Shown one piece after another: positions 49,652-60,782 of a stretch of 64,000 nucleotides of DNA. Source of the stretch: Podospora anserina (Eukaryota); the NCBI GenBank assembly GCA_017654855.1, contig CM030332.1:5580001-5644000 (forward strand), in the 5' to 3' direction. How positions within the stretch are numbered: the stretch's first letter is position 1; every line of letters starts with the position of its first letter. Both the position numbers and the translations under genes were made by a program. The notes beneath the pieces are model-generated. The model saw only the letters and a list, made by a program, of their open reading frames with translations, made no database searches and was not told where the DNA came from.

Positions 49652-50951
49652 GGATATCTGATTATGATCCCACTGCTAGCCATTATCCAAGCCTCTAATG
49701 GTACCATGTAGGACCATAAATTCACAATGCTTGTACGGGTTAGGTTGTCCAGTGCCCAGTTTGACAGTTGAAGTTACCTATAGACCTGCGTTACTACATC
49801 CTATTACTTATGACTTTTCACAGTAATGTTCAGGGTAATGATGAGCCACAACTTTGTGTTGTGGAACTCAAGTCCTCTTTTTCACTCCAGAGGCTCAGAC
49901 AGTGAAGCTCGAATTTGATCTGCAGCTTCACATAAAGAGGAAAGAACCGAGTGACCACCTGACTTCGTAATCCCTCTAGGTAGGATATTGGAAGGTACGG
50001 AGAACGGAAATACTGGATGTCAGGTGATCGGTATTTCCATTCTACCCACCCCTCTATTTGCTGGGACAAAAGGTCAATCAGAACAATAGGATTGCATCTC
50101 ACCAGCCAACTCCATCTTACATATTCTCGATCACTTCTGCCAATATCCTGACACATCCAATGTCACCCCTTCATTCTTGTCTTGCTCAGATGCGCTCGTA
50201 GACGCTTCACATCACCTACGCATCCACCACAACTACTCTTGACAACCCGTCTTCACCAAATGTCGGGTCGATGAGGTTGTGTGTGATCTGGATCGGACGG
50301 AAAGGTACGTTTGTCAACGTTTCATCTCTTCAAGGCGCCTCATAGGGAACAGATATTGAGGGCAGCTTAATTTCTTGGCTTTACCGCTCTACTTCAGAAT
50401 GCCGTTGAGGACAAGATCACTCTGGAACCCTTCGGTCGGTACCTAATTCTTCAAACCGTCAAGTGGCAGCTCTGCAGGGTTTTCAGAGTCATAACCTGTG
50501 GAATCATGGGTAGCTGCAAGCAAACACATAACCAAGCGATTTTCCGACATGGATTATTTGCCTCCCGTTGTTTTCAAACTGTGAGAGCACTGGGCAAGTG
50601 TTCCTATTTGGCGGGATGGAGGGCAATGGTATGCGGGCCGGTTGCCTGCATCAGAACCCCTCCACTCTTGTTCCTTCTTATTTGAAGTCGGCCTTTGATT
50701 CTTATTTTCCTACTCTCGAGCATATTGCTCCTTCCCTCTCACGTTTCGTTTCGTCGCCCCTCCAACTGCACCGAACACCCCCGCCAGCATTTTCCAATTT
50801 CCCAACACAAGATCTCTAGATACAGACAAAGCACAACTTTCTCTTCACGTCGTCGTTGACTGAGCCTCTCCTCACAATCACTAAACCCCACGTCATCAAG
50901 GGGAGTTCAATCTGCCCGACTCTGTCTGTCAAGAGGACACACACAATATCG

Positions 50952-53900
50952 ATGGCTTCTCCTTCTGAGGAGAGGCAAGCGGCCTCGGAAGCAAGTAACC
51001 CTCTCCAGGCGACTTACCCCTACATCTCTTCTCCCGGGTGGACTTTCTAACATGCCTGCAAACAGACTGCCTTTTCAATAATCGAAAAGCACGTATGCTA
51101 CCGGCCAGCGGAGGGCCAGGGCTGGAAGTCCATGCCAGTGCTTCCAACTCCGCAGGAGGTGTTGGAGCCGACCAGCGTCGATCCGCCAATCAATCCTGTG
51201 GATCGGCCATGGTCTTCCAAGGAGGAGTACCTCACTGCTCAGTATAGCCTGCTAAGGTTGGATGCTATCGAAGGCCTGCGGTTCTCGGTCACGAGATACG
51301 TTGATACCTGCCGAACAGGCGCCAGAGTGATTTTTGATGATGAATATTGCAGCGTCTACGACGAGGTATGCAAGTTCAAGGCATGTCAATGGCGGGGCGT
51401 GGTGCTAATACTTTCAACGTACAGGTCCGGGTCAAAGGCTTTTTCATGGCCAAGATTGCTCCGTTCTCCAGAGTTGAGTTCTCAACGCCGTACAATGTAC
51501 AGTGGAAAACAACGAAGCGCCTCATGGATGGAGCCGTCGTGGCTCTGTCAACCAAGAAAGACAACTTCCGGACTATTTGCAAGATCGCAACAGTGGCCCA
51601 GCGTCCGTACGCTGTTGGGAGAGATTTCGATTCGACGGTTGCGGTAGCGGTAGATTTGATCTGGGCAAATCCAGAGGATGCTGTTATCGACCCAGCTCTG
51701 GAGATGGTCATGATTGAGTCGCGGAATGGATACTACGAAGCGTCGCGTCACACGATGCTGGGCCTTCAACATGTCGCAGAAACCACGTAGGTCACTGTTC
51801 TATCCATTTCATGTCGTTGCATTTCATGCTAATAATTTGGCAATGAAGATCCGCGCTCGACAAGTATATCATAGGTGCCCATACCGCGGACACTGTGCCA
51901 GAGTTCATCCGCACCAACCCCACCATGGACTTATCATCTTTGGTTCCTGTGACGGCAAGCAATGGCTCCCAGGCACTCCTCGACGTGAAAGAGTCGCTCA
52001 AGAATTACGATATCGTGAAGAAAGGCTTCCCCACTCTCGAGGACGTTGCAGTTCTGGACGAATCCCAACTGGATGGTCTCCATCGTATCATCTCGAACGA
52101 GCTCGCCATTGTACAGGGACCACCGGGCACAGGCAAGACATTTACCTCGGTTCAAGCTCTCAAGGTTCTGGTTGCCAACCGGCGGAAGCATGGTGGCCCG
52201 CCTATTATCGTTGCAGCTCACACCAATCACGCCCTCGACCAGCTGCTTACATTCTGTCTGGAATTCGAAGTCCTGCGGTTGGGCGGCTTCACAAAAAATG
52301 AGGACATCAAGAAGTGCACCGTCTTTGAGAGACAACGGGCCGAGAGAGGCGGTCGGCAGTCCGATATCAAGTCAAGAAACAACGAGAAGCGAAGGCTAGA
52401 GAAGCGACAGAAGGAGCTCATTCAAGACCTCAAGATCATGCAACAAGATGTTTTCGGCAAACGTCTAATTGATCCCGATAGACTGCTGGAGGTTGGTGTC
52501 ATCACTCAAGAACAACACGACTCGTTGAAAATCTTTTCCGGATCAACCAACCCTCTTGCATCCTCGACCGCCACTTTCGAGCCATGGCTGGGTGAGAGCC
52601 TTGTTCGCATGGAGATTTTGCGCAGTGCCACCAATACCAGGTTTGAGCTGGACGAGGATGAACTCTTCAGGCGTGAAGAGGAGTACAAGCTGGATGAGAA
52701 CGACTTGGTACATGCTGCAAGTGATCAGGAAGAGGAGCAACTGCGCATCAAGGGGGAATGGGTTCCGCTGGAGCATGTCTGGTCAGCAAAATCGGCAGCT
52801 GGTCTGTCAAGTTCGACTCGTGCTGCCCAGAGAAGCTTGAAGGAGGAGGACTTCTATTCGATTAAGAAAAGCATTCGGGGCGAGGTTTACCGGCATTTGC
52901 AGACTGAGTTGTTGAAGCATATTACCCTGAAGTTTGCCAGCCTTCTTGAGCAATACAACAACGTTTGCAAGCAGCTCAAGGCGCTGACTGATTTGCAAAA
53001 GTGGGAAATGGTCCAGAGACAGAAAATCGACATTGTTGGCTGTACCATGACAGGTCTCGCCAAATACCGTGGCATCCTTGCGGCCCTTCAACCAAAGTCA
53101 CTTCTGGTGGAGGAGGCGGCGGAAACTCGGGAGGTAGACATTGTGTCTGCTTTATATCCATCGATCCAACAGCTCATCCTCATTGGCGACCATCAACAAC
53201 TCCAGCCCAAATGCAACATCTTGTGGCTTGGCGCGCCTCCCTTCAACTTCACCGTTTCACTGTTTGAGAGGTTTGTGAACCTGAGGATGCAATATACTAT
53301 GCTTCGCCAACAACGCCGTATGAAACCGGAGCTGCGACGGATCCTGGACCCATTCTACCCTGGGCTACTCGACCATCCTGTCGTTTTGTCCCCCGACAGC
53401 CGTCCAGACATCCCAGGAATGGGTGACAAGTCCTCTTGGCTCTTCCACCACGAGTGGCCGGAAGAGACAAGCTCGGACTCGAGCAAGTTCAATCGTGAAG
53501 AGGCCAGGATGATCACCCACTTTGCTTCCTATCTTGTCAAGAATGACACACCCCCGGCAAAGATTACGATTCTGACCTTTTACAATGGCCAGCGCACGCT
53601 GTTGAACAAGATCAAAGAGTACGACTACAAGATTTCCACGGTGGACTCGTACCAAGGAGAGGAGAACGATATTGTGATTCTGTCACTTGTTCGAAGCCCA
53701 GGAGAATATCGTCGATGGAGGTGCGGGTTTTTGGAGGACAAACACCGTGCAGTAGTCGCAATCAGTCGCGCTCGTCGGGGGTTTTATGTTTTTGGAAACT
53801 TTCTGAATGTTCTCAATACGCGTTCAGCCCAGTCACTCTGGGCAGACATCTGGAATGGCTTTGCCCACCAGAAAAGGATTGAAGAGGGCATTCCCTTGAC

Positions 53901-54798
53901 TTGCAAGGCCCATCAGAATGAAATCTGGGTGAGGACGGTGGATGACTGGGGTGACAATGCCGGGGGGTGCGATGAGCCATGTGGACAGACACGGCCATGT
54001 GGCCACCCATGCACTCTCAAGTGCCATCAGTATGTACACTTACGGCCTGTGTTATTTCAGAACAGTTCACTAACCTATTGAGCCAGAACTGATCACAGCC
54101 GTCTACGTTGCAGTCAGCCCTGCCTCGAAAAGCTCCCCTGTGGGCATGGGTGTCAGAACTTCTGCAGTCAAGTTTGCGCTTGTGACTGCGCCGCCTTTCG
54201 AACTTTGTCCGCTGGCATTGTGGCAGTTGGAATATCGAGACCAACCAGGACATCGATGTCTTTGGAGCAGCGAATGCAGAGTATCAGCGTTGAGGGGGTT
54301 GGCGAGTCTAGTAAGGTAGTGGTGCGAGGTTCGACTCAGGCATCGACTGAATGGCGACAATTCCCTGCCAACGTTCAACGTCAGGACGCCAATCTGCACC
54401 GAGGACGGGCCTCTCAAACTGTGCAGAATGGTTCGACCTCCAATGTTCGAGACACATACCAGCAAACCACAGTGGTGAATGGTCGTCGTTCCAACCTCGG
54501 CCCTCGAAACGTTCGTGCCATTAAGGCGAGCAAGTCGTATCGTCAGCCGCCTCGAGCTAAATCAGCATCGCCTAGCATACCAGACACGGCCAGTTTGCAA
54601 AACAATACAACCCAAGTTCCTGCCACCCAACAACAACTGAACACGGTGTTGAGCTCAGCCCCAGTGCCAGACCTACTTGGAGATCTTGACGGTGTAACCT
54701 TCTCTCAATCTGTCATGGTAAATCGTGTTGCAGGAGAGGCGCCAGTTGTTGTGGGACAGGCAGCTCCGGAGGACGAGGAGCTATTGATAGAGCTTTAA
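50952..54798 (+). CDS. hrr1: Upf1-like SF1 RNA helicase of the ZNFX1/Hrr1/SAD-3 family with NF-X1-type Cys/His repeats; introns 50991-51065 (GC-AG), 51366-51424, ~51788-51849, ~54030-54086
   Basis: Y..LLRLDA..GLR, QGPPGTGKT, HTNHALDQLL, VEEAAE, IGDHQQLQP, QQRRM, TVDSYQGEE, VAISRAR, GGCDEPCGQTRPCGHPCTLKCH...CSQPCLEKLPCGHGC. Confidence 0.9.
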
Positions 54799-55186
54799 GT
54801 TGTCATACCCACAGTTATCGCAGCCACTATGTCATGCTATTAGTCTTGTACTTATAACAGTTCATAGACATTGTGTCTATTACCATTACTTCCTGACCTG
54901 GCAGTCTTCTGCCCGTGGTCACCCAATGAGTGATAGACTTTGTCCTCCACGAGCACTGGTGACACAAAGCCTGGTGGTATCTGTTCAACGACAAAACGCT
55001 ATCCGATTTGGGTATTATCCAGATAATGAACGCCTACAACTAATCCAATAGCAACCTGCTTGTACCCCCCACATCACCCACCCATTCTTTGCTTTCCACG
55101 CTGTAATTCCAACAAACACACCCACAATTTTTCCCTTGATTCTTACGTAAACCCCAACAAGAAAGAAAGAACATCTATTCCATTAC

Positions 55187-57361
55187 TCAGTTATTCGCAT
55201 GAATCTCATAACCCACCAGCACCTCGGTATTCGTCCCATCCCACCCCCTCGTCCCCGCGGCTGAGATCATGATCCGGGAAGTAGGATCTATATACAAGCA
55301 GCTGATCACGCCTGCCCTCGGCGGCCCCGGAACGATCGTGAACGGAACTTTGCTGTGCTTTTGCGCTTTCAGGTCGGTGTCATACTGCAAGTCGTACAGC
55401 CTGAGAATATCATGACTGGCGCAGATGATGTGCCGCCCGTTGGGCATCGGCCTCACCGCCGACACGGCGCCGGAGCCGTTGGGGAGCTTGAGAACCCGTT
55501 CTGGCTGCCAAGACGAAGAAGCCTTGTGGATGGAGAATTCCTCCACTGTTCCGTTGCGGCGGCCGGTGTAGATCTCGTTGCCTGAGAGGGACCAGCAGGC
55601 GCCCATGCACCAAGGGGGAACGCCGCGGCGGTTGTTGATCCGGGCTACGGGTTCGGGGACGCGTTTGTCCCAGATGCGGAGGGTGCCGTCTATGGAGGCG
55701 GAGAGGAAGGTTGACGGGTTGGAGGTCGAGGGGTCCTGGGCGGTGGAGGTGGCAAAGGAGATTGTAGGGGGTTGTGGTTGGGAAGGGGCGTCGGGGAGGG
55801 AGGTGTCGGCCGTTTGTTGGGTGGAAGAGGGGGGGTTGTTAGGGGGCGGGTCGGTGGTGGTGGAGAAGTCAAGGGACATTGTTATGCTTTCGTCTAGGTT
55901 ATTGGTGTTGTTGCTGCCTTGGAGGGTGTGACTACTGGTTTCGGATACGGTGTTGGCATCCGCTGGGTTCGTGGTGATGCCGTTTTGGGCTGGAGGTGGT
56001 GCTGTATTGGCGTCTATTGGGTTGGTATCTTGTTGGCTGGGATCGGTACTGGTGACATCTAGAGGGGGAGCATTGGACATGTCGACGTCGTCGAGGGAAA
56101 AGTCGGCTGATTGGCCCATGCCGTTGCTGTGGTTGTTCATTTCCATGTCCATCGCACGTGAGAACTCGTTGTCATCATCATCACCAAAGGCACCACCTCC
56201 GCCTCCTATTGTTTCGTTGTCGCCAAACAGAGAACCCGCTGGACTGCCAAACAGAGACTCGTGCTCAGGCGACCCCGTGTTTTCCGCACCATCTGGCTGT
56301 GCCGTCGCACTGGCACCCATCATCCCTCCACCAGGCGCAGTGCTATAAAAGTTGCCGATTGGTGGCTTGTCGTTGTTGCTCTGAAATGTATCGCTCTGGA
56401 CCATCACCTCGCTTGCTTCCGCTGGGATCGGAGCCGCGCCAGTAGGTCGGAGCTCGATAGCCGAAATCTGACTGGTACTGCCATCAAACCTCCGGACAAT
56501 CTGCCCGTTATTGAGATCCCAATCCAAACATGTCTTGTCCCAACTTCCACTCAAGACACTCTTCTCATCTGGAGCCAGCTGCAACACGCTGACAGCATTG
56601 GTATGCCCTCCCTCCCGCAGGCAGACAATCCTCTTACCCTCGTCATGCCTGACACTATACAAATTAATCCCACCACTCTCCAACCCACTCAACAACCACA
56701 ACGCCTCGCTGTGAACAGCCAAGCTATACACCGGGGATAACACCGCCTCCTCAGCCCTCGCCCCCGGCGGCAGCGGCTCCTCATTCCCCCAATACCCCAT
56801 CAAGATCCCCGCCTTGACCACACTGTCGACAAAAGGGTGCCTCTGCGCAACCGTCAACTGTTGCTTCCCATTGATGGTCCCAATCCCATCATACTTCCTC
56901 ACGTACCCATCCGACCCCCCCGTCATCCAATACCTCTGATCCGGTGTGATAGCAATAGCATTAATGCTCGTCGCCTGCGGCGCCGCCATGGTAGGCACAA
57001 TATCGTAAAACGCAGCGGTCGTATACTCTGGCCGTATCACCGGCCGGTACTTCATCCCCCCCGACACACTCCCGCTCGCGGCAGAGGCGCGCCTAGTCCC
57101 CGGATGTTGGTGGTGGTGATCGTCGCCGCCGTCGCGTGTTGTGCCGGCGCCATCGGGGGCAGACTGGGAATTATCATAGGCTTCATTCTCGGCTTCTGGT
57201 TCTGGCTCGGCCTCGGCGTCGCCTTCAGCTTCCTCCTCGTCGTCTTGCTCGTCATCGTCGTTCTCGTTATCGTCTTCGGCGTCGTTGTCGGCTTCGATGT
57301 CTTCGACTTCCTCCATGAGTTCGTCGGCCTCGTTCTCGGAGGTCGCGTAATCGTCGTCCAT
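55187..57361 (-). CDS. spt8: SAGA complex WD40 subunit Spt8
   Basis: Acidic N-terminus; YDIVPTMAAPQATSINA; GGSDGYVRKYD; LTVAQRHPFVDSV; SPVYSLAVHS; PPWCMGACWS; IVPGPPRAGVIS; SAAGTRGWDG. Confidence 0.93.
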   Translation of the reverse strand: MDDDYATSENEADELMEEVEDIEADNDAEDDNENDDDEQDDEEEAEGDAEAEPEPEAENEAYDNSQSAPDGAGTTRDGGDDHHHQHPGTRRASAASGSVSGGMKYRPVIRPEYTTAAFYDIVPTMAAPQATSINAIAITPDQRYWMTGGSDGYVRKYDGIGTINGKQQLTVAQRHPFVDSVVKAGILMGYWGNEEPLPPGARAEEAVLSPVYSLAVHSEALWLLSGLESGGINLYSVRHDEGKRIVCLREGGHTNAVSVLQLAPDEKSVLSGSWDKTCLDWDLNNGQIVRRFDGSTSQISAIELRPTGAAPIPAEASEVMVQSDTFQSNNDKPPIGNFYSTAPGGGMMGASATAQPDGAENTGSPEHESLFGSPAGSLFGDNETIGGGGGAFGDDDDNEFSRAMDMEMNNHSNGMGQSADFSLDDVDMSNAPPLDVTSTDPSQQDTNPIDANTAPPPAQNGITTNPADANTVSETSSHTLQGSNNTNNLDESITMSLDFSTTTDPPPNNPPSSTQQTADTSLPDAPSQPQPPTISFATSTAQDPSTSNPSTFLSASIDGTLRIWDKRVPEPVARINNRRGVPPWCMGACWSLSGNEIYTGRRNGTVEEFSIHKASSSWQPERVLKLPNGSGAVSAVRPMPNGRHIICASHDILRLYDLQYDTDLKAQKHSKVPFTIVPGPPRAGVISCLYIDPTSRIMISAAGTRGWDGTNTEVLVGYEIHANN

Positions 57362-58408
57362 CGCGTCGGAGGCGGGGAGGTGGGTTCTGGTGAGTAACGC
57401 AAAGTATTATAGCTGTCCGAAACTTGTAGAATTATGGTAAAAAGAGGGTGCCAAAAAATACAAGTGTTTGAGTAGTAGAGTGCGAAAACGAAGAAAGCCA
57501 ATGATGTGTGTTGTTGATCGAGGATTTGGCAATCAAGAAGAAGGTTGCTGGTAACCCAAAGAGCTCTCGACCAGGATCCCCGGCAGGCTTGTTTGCGACA
57601 GGATCGGTACGTACCTCTGTGGGGGACTTGCACCCCGCAACTGCATATTCCTGCATCAATAAACATCAGGGGCTCGATCATTCAGGGTCACTGACACGCA
57701 GAGAGAAGAGGATGCTCAGAATTAAAGCAACAGGTATTATTTTTGGTGTAATTATTTTTGGTCACCGCCGTTCTTTAAACCCCCTGTGAAAATGCAGTCC
57801 GGAATCCGTACCTTACAAGACCAACACCCAAATCGGGAAATATGTACCAACGCTTAAAGGGATAAGTAAATACTCGACTCCAGAATAATAGCAATCAGAA
57901 ATCCCTGGGTTGACCAATCCTCGTCTATAACCGAGCCAAACATAACCTCTTTTGCCCGTATGCAACCCGAGCAGGCAGAAATACTCTGTAACTGAATAGG
58001 GCCGCCGCAAACCCGACGATAGCTCAACCTGATAACTCAACCTCAAGAACGCCCAGTTGTCTTCCTCGCACTGATTCTATTCATGGCAGATCGACGGAGG
58101 AACTCTCCCAGTTCCAGCTTGTCAGCATTCTCTATTTCGGTGACACAAGAAGAATCCGAGGGTGGTTTCCTATTTTCTTGACGATTGGGATGCAGCCCCA
58201 AACGAGCTGTGAATGGACGAGAAGTGGCGCCTGGGTTAGCTGAGGTATTCTTGACTCGAGTTCGGAGCGGAGAATAGCTGAGCAGAAGATCAGTGTTCTG
58301 ATCCACGAGAGACTGAGCTGGATTTTCGGCACCTGAGTCGTCCACAGTTGAGATGATGATGCTTGGGGTGGCAGGGGATGGGGAATCGTTTGGGTGAGCA
58401 GGCTCCTC

Positions 58409-59527
58409 CTAATCGGCACTACTACCCGGCGCCCCTCCTCTCCAAAGACCATAGAACCCCTCGCAGTTCTTCCACATTTTGATGGTTCCATCCTCGGACC
58501 CTGTGGCATACAGGTTTCCATCTGGAGAGAAAGCAATGGACCAGATGGGACCGTGGTGACCCTTGTGGACATCCAGCTCCTTGCCATCCTCCCAGCTGTA
58601 AACATGCGCCCAGGTTCCAGGTTCTTCTCCCACCACAAACTTCCTGCCTTTAAGATCCAGGCCCACACTAGCAATGCCATGGGACAGCTTGAACTGCTTG
58701 AGCTCATCTTGTGCCTTCAGCCCGCCCCAAAAGCAGGCGGTCTTGCCAGCAGCAACCGCAAGCACGGGCTGACCACCGCCAATATCAGTGGGGGAGCTGT
58801 GCGATGGCGCAAGAGAGACAAGTTCGCAAGACTTGATCTCGGCTTCGAGTTTGATGGCACGTGTGCACTGCCTGGTAGGCAAATCAAACCATCGAAGCGT
58901 GTCTCCCGAGGCCGTAATCAGCACGCTGGGGTCCTTGGCCCAGACAATAAACTTGATGGGCTGTGTATGCACACCTTCGCCGATTTCAAACGCTTGGGAA
59001 GTCGGGATAGTAACCGGGCTAGCGGCGCCCTCGGACGTTGGTGGCTGCTCCTGCAAGTCAAAGATGCGGAGCTTCTTCTCGAAGCCTCCGGTGGCAAGCA
59101 TCCTGGACTGGTCGAAGGGGTAGGCAACGGCGCGGACGATATGATCATGCTGAAGAACATACAGCAGCTCGCCGGTATGTGTATCCCAGACCTTGGCGGT
59201 AAAGTCTGCAGAGGCAGTTGCGGCAGTGGTGGCATCTGGGCTGAGTCTACCTTGCCATACCGCACCCTTGTGGCCAAGGAAGGTACCTATCCAGTCGCCG
59301 GTCTGTCCATCACGAAGCATGGGGTTACCATCTGAGAAAGAAGCAAGTTGTTAGTCCTTTGTTGATCAGATGAGAGGAGACAGGATGAACTAACCCTTGC
59401 AGGCAGAAATCATGTAGTAAATGTCCTGATTTTCCAACGGAGAGAAGCTGATATGGGGAACTGGGCGCGAGTGACCGTGGCAGGTCAACGGGACACATGA
59501 TGGACGGGGGGTCGAAGCGTCACCCAT
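58409..59527 (-). CDS. STRAP: WD40 serine-threonine kinase receptor-associated protein (STRAP/UNRIP); intron ~59332-59394
   Basis: PLTCHGHSRPV, ISACK|DGNPMLRDGQTGDWIGTFLGHKGAVW, ASADFTAKVWD, KGHHGPIWS..FSPDG..YATGSEDGTIKMW. Confidence 0.93.
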
Positions 59528-60782
59528 TTTGAGAGGCTCGGGTATGGAGTATCGAGATGATGGTTATGGGAGAGGAGTCGTCAAGCGGAGGATGAGTTGA
59601 GTTGGGCAGCGAGGAAAAGTGCAGAGTTTGGCGAGCGAAGAGGTACAAAGCCGAATGGGTAGGGCAAACCGATGACCGATGGACAAAGTTGAGAAGATAT
59701 TTCTCTTTTTGTGGGAGACGGTGGGAATCTAGAGGCGAAACACAAGCGACGAAAGAAAAATGAGCGAAAAAGAGTCGTAACAGGTCGTCAGAAAAAATCG
59801 TTAAGGAATCGTGAGATTAGGAGGGCAGGATGGTTGCCTCCCGCAGAGAGCCAAATTTTGCGGTGGACGGGGAAAGATCAATGTCGACTCTGCGACGACA
59901 TGGAAACCCTCTTTGCGACGTCTGCTCGCTGTTGGGCGGGGTGTCCGGTGCCAAGACCCGCGGCCGTACCCCTCGTTGATCTGGGCGTTCAAGTCAGGGG
60001 CTGTCACTCCCCCGCAGCAGTCAGATCGATGGTGCAAGGGCAACACAACGTTGTGTGAACAATTGGACGTGAAGTGGCGGCAAGCATAAGGTCAGGTAGG
60101 TTTACGACGGGAAGCAACAGCTCAGTTTGGCTTTCAGCCAATCTGCAAGTATGGCTGGTGTCCTCCAGCAACATTACGACATCAGAGACATCAGCGAGCA
60201 TCAGAGGATCGCTCGGCAACCATCCTGGCTCTAACCTTATCTGACTTCCTAGGTACCTGGAAGACTATGAATATGGAACATAGTCTTGTAGACATCCCAA
60301 CAAAACCCTGAAACCTACAAGGGCCCATATATATGTAGATATTGCTATGATGAGACGAAAGAAAAAACATGCCTCCTTGTTCTGCATGTAGGCCACCTCA
60401 TGATATTGAAGCCTGACAGATATGGAGCTCCAAGAAGGCCCGTGCTGGAGATGGGAGCTTCCCCTGGGACCCGTCACCCCATCCGCAGCCACGCCGCTGT
60501 TCAACCCCTCCAGGAGCAACCAGCTTGCGGACTTTGGTCTTCCAACCATTTCCATTCCCACTATTCACTGTTAGCCTTACAAATCGGCAGCTCCATTACT
60601 CGAGTTTCCCAGTCAATCTTTTTTCATAAACCATCTCGAGTTATCGCAGGAGCTGCATCGACAACCAGCCTCGCGACGAACACCTGCTGCCGTCACTGCT
60701 CCACCAGCACTTTCATTGACTGACACCCATCGCTACGATACCCCGCCTACCTAAGCTCCCAGAGAGCCCAACCGAGATCGCG

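Noticed and set aside
49830-50156. 108-aa minus-strand ORF between the SWIM-RING gene and the helicase
   Set aside because: No motif, codon bias or splice support.
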